Assembly (NCBI GenBank): GCA_964549505.1 | Contig: CAZJVD010000005.1 | Coordinates: forward strand, 64,618-128,617 | Direction: 5' to 3' | Length of the DNA stretch: 64,000 nt | From: an uncultured Oligoflexia bacterium | GTDB taxonomy: Bacteria; Bdellovibrionota; UBA1018; CAZJVD01 | Shown: in pieces, positions 38,702 through 46,917 of the stretch | Position numbering within the stretch: position 1 is the stretch's first letter | Layout of the letters: each line of letters begins with the position of its first letter | Position numbers and translations under genes: made by a program | The notes under the pieces: generated by a model | Told to the model about the DNA's origin: nothing | The model's database searches: none | The model's input: only the letters and a program-made list of their open reading frames with translations

Positions 38702-40303
38702 ATGAGGGACTTCCGAGGACTCTTCTTCATTATTGGTATCGCTTCATTACCCGCGCTGGGTGGCGCCGGGTTCCGCCTTGCGTCCGCCGCCGACGCGAGC
38801 TTCGGTTTTTACTTCGACACGAAAACACAGCGCTACTTTGCGAGCAACGTGTCGCGCTTCCTCTCCCGCTCTGGAAAGAACCCAAACATGGGGTTGCTTG
38901 AAGTGAGTGTCAACGGCAGCGCCTTTGAGACATTTGACGGTACGATCGACTTTGGTGAAGAAGGAAACTATGAAGTTCGTTTCCGAACCCCCGACACAAA
39001 GCTGAGCTGGACGCCTGTCCAAGAGTTCAGCGTTTGGGTGGACCTCACCCCTCCGGAAAGTGCACCGACCTGGCAGGGCGCAGTTTTTGAACGGGACGGA
39101 AAGACGTTCGTCACAAGTAAGTCGGCTCTGACCGTTCAGGCTCAAGACAATCTGTCCGGAGTGAAAAATATCTTTTGGAAGAAAAAAGAAGGACCGGCTG
39201 TTTTCCCTGCCAAACTACAGTTTCAAAAAGAAGGGCCCGTTGAGATCGAAGTTGCTGCCCGTGATTTTGTCGGCAATACAGAAGCCTTCTACCCTGTGCG
39301 CTTCGTCGTCGACAACACGGCTCCCGAAACATCTGCAGTGATTGAGGGCAAATCTCAAGACACGCAAGCGGGGCGCTTTATGGCGCGCGGAAGTCGTATC
39401 ACGCTCAAGGCTCGAGATGACGCTTCGGGCGCTGCACGCACCGAGTATCAGATCGGCAATGGACCCGTGACAGAATTTACGGCACCACTCCTGATCACCG
39501 AAAATAAAATGGAGCTCAAGTTTCGCTCGGTCGACAATGTCCAGAACGAGGAAGCTTGGAAAACGCTCTCCGTTCTTCAGGATAGCACTCCGCCGACGCT
39601 TGCTCTCAAACGTCAGGGACAGTTTATCGCTTTTGCAGGACGCACCTACGCAAAACCAGGATTCAAGTTAGCGCCCAGCGCTTCAGATCAAGGTAGCGGC
39701 CTTGAGCGGATCACTTACGCCTTAAACAAAGCTGGATTTCGAACACTCGAGAGCTCGGCTCTGGAGTTTCGTGACCCCGGTATCTTCGAAATTCGAATCG
39801 TTGCGCGTGACCGCATTGGCAACGAGGCAGAGAGCAGTCCAACGACCGTCGTGATCGACAACCAAGCTCCCGTCACAGAGCTCATCACGCAGCAAGCGTC
39901 CACAGACAAAGAAGGTGTTCTCCACACTCAGATTCCAAACCGAATTGAATTCGAGGCAAAAGACACAGGTATCGGCCTTGAACGCATCGAGTACAGTTAC
40001 GACGGTTCCGAATACAGCACATTTTCAAAACCCATCGACCTCAGTCTCTGGGAAACGTCCACACGTACAATGTTTTTTAGATCCGTTGACCGCCTCGGAA
40101 ACACCGAAGCTGCAAAAAAAGTGACGGTTTCCGTGGTCAACACCAAGCCGACCGTGGACCTCTTTGTCGAACAAGCATCCTTGCCGGAAGTTCCACTCTC
40201 GCGCCTGGAAGGCGGAGTGCCGAAAGTGCGTGAGCCGGCGTCCTCAAATCCTCGCGTCAAAGCGAAGTCCGCACCGGTAAAACGCAAAGGAGGTCGCCGA
40301 TGA
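38702..40303 (+). CDS. secreted protein with four tandem ~95-aa Ig-like (Big-type) domains and a basic C-terminal tail
   Basis: Signal peptide LFFIIGIASLPALGGAGF. Repeats are delimited by D(L/N/S)T(P/A)P(E/T), each containing a D-x-SG-x-x-x-I-x-Y motif (DNLSGVKNIFW, DDASGAARTEYQ, DQGSGLERITYA, DTGIGLERIEYS). Confidence 0.55.
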   Translation: MRDFRGLFFIIGIASLPALGGAGFRLASAADASFGFYFDTKTQRYFASNVSRFLSRSGKNPNMGLLEVSVNGSAFETFDGTIDFGEEGNYEVRFRTPDTKLSWTPVQEFSVWVDLTPPESAPTWQGAVFERDGKTFVTSKSALTVQAQDNLSGVKNIFWKKKEGPAVFPAKLQFQKEGPVEIEVAARDFVGNTEAFYPVRFVVDNTAPETSAVIEGKSQDTQAGRFMARGSRITLKARDDASGAARTEYQIGNGPVTEFTAPLLITENKMELKFRSVDNVQNEEAWKTLSVLQDSTPPTLALKRQGQFIAFAGRTYAKPGFKLAPSASDQGSGLERITYALNKAGFRTLESSALEFRDPGIFEIRIVARDRIGNEAESSPTTVVIDNQAPVTELITQQASTDKEGVLHTQIPNRIEFEAKDTGIGLERIEYSYDGSEYSTFSKPIDLSLWETSTRTMFFRSVDRLGNTEAAKKVTVSVVNTKPTVDLFVEQASLPEVPLSRLEGGVPKVREPASSNPRVKAKSAPVKRKGGRR

Positions 40304-40614
40304 GACAGATCCTCCTATCATTCATAATCGGTGTCTTCGCCCTCAGTGTACCACTCGCCGTACAAGCTGCTCCTAAAGCACGCGCGAAGGCCACCGCGTC
40401 TTCCGCCGACAAGAAGAAAAAGGTCATCTACCGCAAGTACACACAGCTCGATTTCACCGGCGAATCCGTACAGGGACAAGCGAAAGCCCCCGAGATTTTC
40501 TACGTCTTTCAACGCCGACGCGCTGGCGGTATCGAAGCTGCTCGCGCTCCCTCGTCGCTCAGCCACCAAAAGACCACGACCTTTAACGAATTGAAAGGAG
40601 CGCTCGTACCATGA
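40300..40614 (+). CDS. small secreted Lys-rich hypothetical protein
   Basis: Signal peptide FIIGVFALSVPLAVQA. ATGA overlaps on both sides indicate translational coupling. Confidence 0.4.
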   Translation: MRQILLSFIIGVFALSVPLAVQAAPKARAKATASSADKKKKVIYRKYTQLDFTGESVQGQAKAPEIFYVFQRRRAGGIEAARAPSSLSHQKTTTFNELKGALVP

Positions 40615-42362
40615 GTGGGCTAGCTCTTTTCTTACGAGATCCGGTCTATAAGTCGGAACGTTTCGTCAGCAGCATTGGAACGCGCTCGGTGGTCGGCAAT
40701 AGCAAAGACGTTCAAATCTTCGTCGACGACATCCGCTGCAGCCCCGTCCACGCACTGCTCGAAGCTCAAGCCGATGGAAACCGTGTGACGGTCATCGATC
40801 TAGGGAGCCGGTTTGGTACCTACACCCAAAAAGGTGCTCGTGTTCAAGAACACACGATCGCCGTTGGCGAGTCGATTGTTATTGGCAGCCAAACGCTCGT
40901 TCTTCGCCCGACACCCAAAGATGATCCGTCTCAAGTCGCCATGAGCGATCGCTCGAAAGCAAAACCTGTCGCCACGGCCAAATCGGGAGACATCGGCCTC
41001 ATCACCGATCGAACCCTTCTTCAAGCCACGCTCTTTTGGGGAGAACAACCGCTCGAGGTACGAACGTTCGAGTCCGGATCTGATCTCACCGTCGGTCCTC
41101 AGAAGCACGCAACCTTCTGTGTGAGCCTCATGGACTCGCGCTTTCACGGCGCACCGTTTGCGATTGCGCACTATGCTCAGAACGAACTTCTCCTGAACGT
41201 TCCGCCTGAAATGTCGGGACTCATCTGGGTCGGCCAGGATCCCATAGCGCTGGATACTTTACGCAATAAGGCTCCTCCAACACGTGACAATCCAGAACTC
41301 AAAGTCCGACTGCGTCTCGGAGATCGTGCGGAACTGCATCTCGGCGAACTGACGCTCAGTTTCGTGTTCGTCAATCCGTCTGAGAAAATCCCGACTCCGG
41401 TCTTTCGAGTGACGGACCAGATCCTTCTGCGCGTTTTTATATTCATGATGGCATTTTACGGGCTTGTTTTTGTCGCTCTCAACGCCATCACACCGGAGGA
41501 AGAGCCAACCACACTCAAAGATGTTCCGAAACATCTCAAACGCGTGGTCATGGATGCCGGTATTGCGCAGGCCATGAAAAAACAACGTGCCGCAATCGGT
41601 GAGCTCGCGATGAATAACGAAGGCGGACGCGCGCGCGGAGAAGAAGGACGCGCTAAGGCGGAAAACAATCCTCGTGAAGCCGAAGCTCAACAGAACAAGG
41701 CGATGCAGCAAAAAGCGTTGCCCAAAAAAGCTGGCGATACGAAAGTTGCACAACAGCAAGAACAAGAGGCTGATCTCGATCTGGATGCGGCATTCAACAG
41801 CACGACGAAGAAGGCCCTTTCGGGCAGCGTCTCCGTGGTCGGAAAGCGCAGCGACGGTAACACCGCAACGGCACTTGCCGACGGCGGTTTTGCGCGCGGC
41901 CGCGTAGGCGAAGGAAGCGGTGGCGGCGGACAGAGTGTGGGTATAGGAGCGCTCAGCGGGCTCAGTACCGGCGGCGGCATGGGATCAGGAGACTACGGTC
42001 TCAGTCCTTCGAAAGGTCGCGAAATCAAAATTCCTGAAGGCGAAGAACTCGTGATTCTCGGTGGATTGGACCCCGATGTCATCGCGAGCATTATAAAACG
42101 TTACCTGCCGCAGATTCGTCACTGTTATGAAACTCAGCTCAGTCAGAACTCGCATCTTAAAGGCAAGGTCGGCGTGTCGTTTGTGATCGGACCGAACGGT
42201 AACGTTCAGAACGCAACGATCTATGAAAGCTCTCTGAACGAGCGCAACACAGAGGCGTGCATCATCAGTAAAGTTAAAGGCTGGAATTTTCCTAAACCAC
42301 GAGGTGGGGGAACCGTCGGCGTACGGTATCCGTTCCTCCTCATGTCCACACAGGACAAGTAA
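40611..42362 (+). CDS. FHA-domain / single-transmembrane / TonB C-terminal-domain protein (TonB- or TolA-like energy transducer with a cytoplasmic FHA head)
   Basis: The N-terminal FHA block is RSVVGNSKDVQIFVDDIRCSPVHALLEAQADGNRVTVIDLGSRFGTYTQKG. The transmembrane segment is ILLRVFIFMMAFYGLVFVALNAI. A Lys/Gln/Glu-rich linker follows. The C-terminal KGKVGVSFVIGPNGNVQNATIYESSLNERNTEACIISKVKGWNFPKP matches the TonB_C fold. Confidence 0.7.
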   Translation: MSGLALFLRDPVYKSERFVSSIGTRSVVGNSKDVQIFVDDIRCSPVHALLEAQADGNRVTVIDLGSRFGTYTQKGARVQEHTIAVGESIVIGSQTLVLRPTPKDDPSQVAMSDRSKAKPVATAKSGDIGLITDRTLLQATLFWGEQPLEVRTFESGSDLTVGPQKHATFCVSLMDSRFHGAPFAIAHYAQNELLLNVPPEMSGLIWVGQDPIALDTLRNKAPPTRDNPELKVRLRLGDRAELHLGELTLSFVFVNPSEKIPTPVFRVTDQILLRVFIFMMAFYGLVFVALNAITPEEEPTTLKDVPKHLKRVVMDAGIAQAMKKQRAAIGELAMNNEGGRARGEEGRAKAENNPREAEAQQNKAMQQKALPKKAGDTKVAQQQEQEADLDLDAAFNSTTKKALSGSVSVVGKRSDGNTATALADGGFARGRVGEGSGGGGQSVGIGALSGLSTGGGMGSGDYGLSPSKGREIKIPEGEELVILGGLDPDVIASIIKRYLPQIRHCYETQLSQNSHLKGKVGVSFVIGPNGNVQNATIYESSLNERNTEACIISKVKGWNFPKPRGGGTVGVRYPFLLMSTQDK

Positions 42363-42380
42363 TTTTGAGAGGGGCAGACT

Positions 42381-43448
42381 ATGGATAAACTGATTACATA
42401 CTTCCAAGAAGGCGGGCTGATCATGTGGCCGGTCCTTATTCTGTTGATCATCGGCTGGACGGTGATCGCGGAACGGATCTACATGGTTCTGTTTGTTTAC
42501 AACGCCGATGGGGCCATGCTGATGCAGAAGCTTCAGCGGCTGATCCTCGATAACAATCTTAACGAAGCGATCAAGCTCTGTAACAGCAACAAGAAAGCTG
42601 CCGTTTATCAAGTGCTCAAGGCAGCACTCGTCAACGCGGACCGACCTTTCGAAGAACTTCAAGGGCATGTTGAAGTCGCGACTCTAGGCGTTGTTCCCAA
42701 GCTTCAACATCGGATGACCTACTTGTTCTCGATTGCGAACACCGCAACCCTCATCGGTCTTTTAGGAACGGTTGTCGGTCTGATCGAAACGTTCGGTGCC
42801 GTCGCCGTGGTCGAAGGATCACAGAAACAGGAGATGATCTCAGGCGGTATCGCAACCGCTCTGAACGCAACGGCGTTTGGTCTCTTTGTCGCGATTCCGT
42901 GTATGCTCGCGTACGGATTTCTATACAACCGCATCAACGGTGTTATCGATGATGTTGAGCACTATTCAGCCCGACTTTTGATGCTGTTGCGCACCGGCCG
43001 CGAGTACTTCGAAAACTATACTGTCGATAAGACTGTTTCGACGGAACAGCGCCCAAAAATGGCGAAGAAGAAGTCCCCTATTCCGCCTTCTCTAGGCGGT
43101 GGAGCCGCGGCTCGAGCACCAGCCCCAGCTCGCCCCAAGGCTCAGGCCCGTCCAGTCGCACAGCCCGTTCGGGGCGGCACCAATCCGTCGATCGCTCGCG
43201 GTTACACACACTCTGGGATCCATGCAGCGCCTCATCTCGCTCAGCCTCCGGTTTCACCACCTGTTGTCGAGGAAACGGCCGACGAGCAGCTGGAGGAAAC
43301 AGGTACGTACGTTGAACGCGACGATGTCGGATACCACACCGTAGGTGCCAGCGCGGATGACGCGGTCGAGGCACAGGAGCAGGAACAAGTCGACGAAGCT
43401 TACGAAGATGGCGGCGAAGACAGCGGAGACGACGAGAATGCAGCGTAA
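42381..43448 (+). CDS. MotA/TolQ/ExbB-family proton channel with a ~140-aa Pro/Ala-rich then strongly acidic C-terminal tail
   Basis: LIMWPVLILLIIGW..LFSIANTATLIGLLGTVVGLIETF..GIATALNATAFGLFVAIPCMLAYGFLYNRI are the TolQ/ExbB motifs. The tail ends ..EEQLEETGTYVERDD..EAQEQEQVDEAYEDGGEDSGDDENAA. Confidence 0.85.
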   Translation: MDKLITYFQEGGLIMWPVLILLIIGWTVIAERIYMVLFVYNADGAMLMQKLQRLILDNNLNEAIKLCNSNKKAAVYQVLKAALVNADRPFEELQGHVEVATLGVVPKLQHRMTYLFSIANTATLIGLLGTVVGLIETFGAVAVVEGSQKQEMISGGIATALNATAFGLFVAIPCMLAYGFLYNRINGVIDDVEHYSARLLMLLRTGREYFENYTVDKTVSTEQRPKMAKKKSPIPPSLGGGAAARAPAPARPKAQARPVAQPVRGGTNPSIARGYTHSGIHAAPHLAQPPVSPPVVEETADEQLEETGTYVERDDVGYHTVGASADDAVEAQEQEQVDEAYEDGGEDSGDDENAA

Positions 43449-44061
43449 ACGCAAAGAAATGATGCAGAGTGAGCTGACCATCATCTCCTTGATGGACGTG
43501 CTCACGACCCTGCTCTTCTTCTTGCTCGCAACTTCGTCTTTTTCGCAATTTGCGATCCTGACAGCGTCATCGATGTCTCAGAGTGCGTCTCCTCCCAAGG
43601 AAGACAAGCCGAAGTTCAGTCTTCAGATCGCGATGAGCTCGCCGAATGATGTTGCGATCTTTCTGGGTCCCGCGGCGAAACTTCCGATTCGTGACAAGGC
43701 CCGGCTCTATCAGTACCTGTCTCAGAATTTTAAGGGCAATGAGAACATCGGGTGGGTTCGTCAGATTCGCGGCCCTCAAGCACGTGAGGTTCTCGCCCGC
43801 GTACAGGAGACACTGAAGGTGATCAAACTTGGCTTTCCTCACGAAAACCAAGCGGTCGTGGTTTTTGCCGATCCCGTGCCCTATCAGGAAACCATTGAGG
43901 CGATCTCCGCCGTACGATCGTTGCCGGATACCGATCCTGGCTTTCGAATGGATAAGCTCACAGGGGGTTCCGAGCTCACACGCGTCCTTTTTCCTGAGAT
44001 CGTTGTGTCTGAAATGGAAGGCGATCTCCGCGTCGCCGGTCGACCCATGGGTAAGTCGTGA
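43438..44061 (+). CDS. ExbD/TolR-family protein (paralogue 1, extended C-terminus)
   Basis: MQRKRKEMMQSELTIISLMDVLTTLLFFLL is the ExbD N-terminal transmembrane signature. Its start overlaps the tolQ-like stop by 11 bp. Confidence 0.7.
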   Translation: MQRKRKEMMQSELTIISLMDVLTTLLFFLLATSSFSQFAILTASSMSQSASPPKEDKPKFSLQIAMSSPNDVAIFLGPAAKLPIRDKARLYQYLSQNFKGNENIGWVRQIRGPQAREVLARVQETLKVIKLGFPHENQAVVVFADPVPYQETIEAISAVRSLPDTDPGFRMDKLTGGSELTRVLFPEIVVSEMEGDLRVAGRPMGKS

Positions 44062-44615
44062 TGAGAAAGAAAAGCCTGATCAAGAGCACGCGCGGCCATC
44101 GTCATCATCCTGAGATGAGCATGAATATTACGGCCCTGATGGACATTCTCACGGTTTTGCTCTTCTTCTTGATCAAGAGCTACAACGTGTCGGCCTCGTC
44201 GTTGACACCGCCAAAGGACATCACGCTTCCAAAATCGCGTACCGAAGACAAAGCCGAGCAGTCGATCGTATTAGCCATCACAAAGACTGCTGTACTCCTG
44301 AATAATGACCCGATCGCCCAGCTGCAACAAGGCAACTTCGCTCGCCGTGACATTGCCGGAGACAACCGAACCGTTCTACCGATCAAAAAAATTCTCGATC
44401 AAGAGCAGAAAAAGCGCCTTGCGATCTACAAAGACGAAGGCAATCTCAGCTTCCTGCCACCGGGTAAGATCCTGATCCAGGCCGACTATAAGCTACCCTT
44501 TAACGTCCTGAAGTATCTCTTGCACACGGCTGCGATCAGCGGTTACTCCGACTATCAATTCGTTATCCAAAACGTGTCGCCAGGACCTGCTCCCGCCTCT
44601 GTTCCCAAAAAGTAA
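44061..44615 (+). CDS. ExbD/TolR-family protein (paralogue 2)
   Basis: MSMNITALMDILTVLLFFLI..SIVLAITKTAVLLNNDPI..NVLKYLLHTAAISGY. A 1-bp TGATG overlap with the previous gene. Confidence 0.7.
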   Translation: MRKKSLIKSTRGHRHHPEMSMNITALMDILTVLLFFLIKSYNVSASSLTPPKDITLPKSRTEDKAEQSIVLAITKTAVLLNNDPIAQLQQGNFARRDIAGDNRTVLPIKKILDQEQKKRLAIYKDEGNLSFLPPGKILIQADYKLPFNVLKYLLHTAAISGYSDYQFVIQNVSPGPAPASVPKK

Positions 44616-44670
44616 CACCTTCAAAACGCCTCGCGACTGGCGCCCCGATCACGCCCATTCACACGTCACC

Positions 44671-44707
44671 CGCGAAACTTTTCGCAGCTCCTTGTTTTTT
44701 TTGTTTG
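44671..44707 (+). terminator. weak rho-independent terminator candidate after the exbD paralogue
   Basis: Short stem gcgaa-actt-ttcgc followed by ctccttgtttttttgtttg. The stem is only 5 bp. Confidence 0.25.
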
Positions 44708-44717
44708 TACAAATTTT

Positions 44718-45560
44718 TTGAATGTGTTTCTTATCGCTTATGTGGGTAGGGAGTTTAAATTTGGAGCCAGAGAGTTGAACGCGCTCCGGGCCACGTTGTT
44801 TGGCCTGTTGTTCGCACTCGGTCAGACGTTGTTCGTTGTAAGCGGTTGGTGCGATCCCACTGAGAACGGCCTGCGTGCTTTGTCTGGTGGACCACCGCCG
44901 GGACGCGATCCGATTGTCCCGCAGGACCTCATCGCTGAGATCCGGCACTCACTACCTGAAAGCAAACTAAAGCTCGAACTCGAACGCATCGAGGAAACGC
45001 TCGATACGTTGCCAGCTAGCTTTGCGGAAGGCGAAGGACCAGCGCTTGAGAAACACCTCGGACGTCGGTTTGCCGAGACGCTTTTGAGGGCCCGCGTCCT
45101 TGATGCGATGGACATCGGTACGGCGGCAGCTGCAGAAGAGCAGCGTGAGAATGCTCGCGAGATCCTTCGAACGGCCCTTGCGGTAGCGATCCGTACCCAG
45201 TACGGACTGGACCGCCTCGCCGATAGCTTTAACTCCAAGCGACTTTTGGCCTACATGTTGGTCGAAGTGTTTACCGTTTCCGTCGCCATTATAGGCTCGA
45301 ACTACTACAAAGAAGTGGGAACCCTTCAGTCGCTGGTGCTCGCCCAGGCCATCGCTCTTGCGGCGATCTTGCCGGTACGCTGGTTCTTTCGAACCGTTAA
45401 GGTCTCACGGATGGATGCCCTGATGGATCACTTCTGGAAAGGTGTGAACGAACGAGGTCTTGAGATTCCCGATCGAAAGACATTTCTGAGAGAAACCCTC
45501 GGCATCCCGGAAGGCACTACTAATTGCCAGATTCTTTTAGGTCTCCGAAAACCCAGCTGA
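44718..45560 (+). CDS. hypothetical secreted protein (periplasmic, unknown function)
   Basis: The track start at 44718 is a TTG. A signal-peptide-like LNALRATLFGLLFALGQTLFVVSGWC begins about 44775 after a GGAGCCAGAGAG stretch. I recognised no domain. Confidence 0.4.
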   Translation: MNVFLIAYVGREFKFGARELNALRATLFGLLFALGQTLFVVSGWCDPTENGLRALSGGPPPGRDPIVPQDLIAEIRHSLPESKLKLELERIEETLDTLPASFAEGEGPALEKHLGRRFAETLLRARVLDAMDIGTAAAAEEQRENAREILRTALAVAIRTQYGLDRLADSFNSKRLLAYMLVEVFTVSVAIIGSNYYKEVGTLQSLVLAQAIALAAILPVRWFFRTVKVSRMDALMDHFWKGVNERGLEIPDRKTFLRETLGIPEGTTNCQILLGLRKPS

Positions 45561-45645
45561 ACGGGTGTCAAATAGACAGGTCCCGGAAACCCTGGCGAAA
45601 ACTGGCGCTTAGGTTCGATTTTTTACATGATATTGATTTAATAAA

Positions 45646-46917
45646 TTGTGGTATATACGGCGCGGTATGATTGCGTTGTTACTGTCTCTCCTTTTCACTC
45701 CACCAAGCCACGCCATCACACCTGTACGCATTTTCTATCTCCCGCTCTGGAGCCTGGTTCACGAAGACGTCCTCATTGATCGAGGGACTCGCCAGACCGA
45801 GGGCGCCGGCTGCACACGTTATCAATCCACGCTTCCAGGTCGCGCCGATCTTGGAAAGGGAGTGCTCCATCTCTGCCCCTGGTCGATCGATTATGTCATG
45901 GCCCTCGTGATCGCGGACTTCCTCTCACTCGACACGCGCTACTTCGGACACCCCGTGTTTCTACAAAGGGACGATCAGGTCCTTCGTGGCTTTTGGACCC
46001 CTATCCTCCCGCTGCTACGTGAGTCGCCTGAGGGGTCGCTGAGCGACCGTGCTCAGGCTGTTCAGAGCCTCACTCTTCGCACCAAGATCGAGATGATAGG
46101 ACAGATGCTTCTCTTGGGAGTCACGGGTCTCGATTCCTTCTGGGAGAACGAAGCTCCCCTTCAGGACCTCTTCGTCAAACCGCGTACCGCAGGACCCGAA
46201 CTTGTTTCTTTTACGATGACCCGACCTCGGTTCAACCGTATTCGCAGTGGAACAACGGACCCGGTAGAAGCTGGCAAACAATGGGCAAAAGATGCGGCCA
46301 GGGCGCTCAGCACCATTCAGTCGCTACTGCGCGATTCCAAGTTTCGTGAATCGCCAGAGTTCTTCGCACTGCGAAGACTCTTCAAGCGTCTCAGGCAGCT
46401 GCCTCAGCTCTTCGATGCCGACTCACCGATTCGGGACCTCGTTGACCGATGGAGCCAAGCTGCGGCGACTGAGCCGGGGGTAGTCTCCAGCTTCGAACTG
46501 AACGACACGGGGCAAGCCAGCTCCAGACGAGAAGCGACCTTTCCGTCATCAGATGAGGTCGTCACCGCCCAGTCGATCCAGGCAGAATACCGGGACTACG
46601 TAACGAAGTTTGCAAAAGCTGCTGAAACCGGCTTTGCACACGCATTCGACCTGGAAATATTTCCAGAAAGAGATTTTTTACAAGGTCTCACTTCGGAGAT
46701 TTCACAAAAGGCTCTTTGGACACTCAACAACCATGTCATGACATTTAGCACTGATCATCGTGGCGGCTCTGCCGAACTGCAACGACTTTGGCTCTCGATA
46801 CCCGATCGGCATTCGCATGCCATCAACCCCGAAGCCTGGACGACATTGCGCGCTCAAGCCAAGTGCGACGCCCGTCTCAAACCTCATCAAACGGGGCAGA
46901 AAACCCCAGAAGCATGA
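45646..46917 (+). CDS. hypothetical secreted protein
   Basis: Signal peptide MIALLLSLLFTPPSHA. 423 aa. No recognised domain. Confidence 0.45.
   Translation: MWYIRRGMIALLLSLLFTPPSHAITPVRIFYLPLWSLVHEDVLIDRGTRQTEGAGCTRYQSTLPGRADLGKGVLHLCPWSIDYVMALVIADFLSLDTRYFGHPVFLQRDDQVLRGFWTPILPLLRESPEGSLSDRAQAVQSLTLRTKIEMIGQMLLLGVTGLDSFWENEAPLQDLFVKPRTAGPELVSFTMTRPRFNRIRSGTTDPVEAGKQWAKDAARALSTIQSLLRDSKFRESPEFFALRRLFKRLRQLPQLFDADSPIRDLVDRWSQAAATEPGVVSSFELNDTGQASSRREATFPSSDEVVTAQSIQAEYRDYVTKFAKAAETGFAHAFDLEIFPERDFLQGLTSEISQKALWTLNNHVMTFSTDHRGGSAELQRLWLSIPDRHSHAINPEAWTTLRAQAKCDARLKPHQTGQKTPEA

Noticed and set aside
46788-46913. Upstream extension of the lipoprotein ORF (track start 46788)
   Set aside because: It would overlap the preceding gene by 130 bp. 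The internal ATG at 46914 gives a canonical lipoprotein signal and an ATGA coupling junction.
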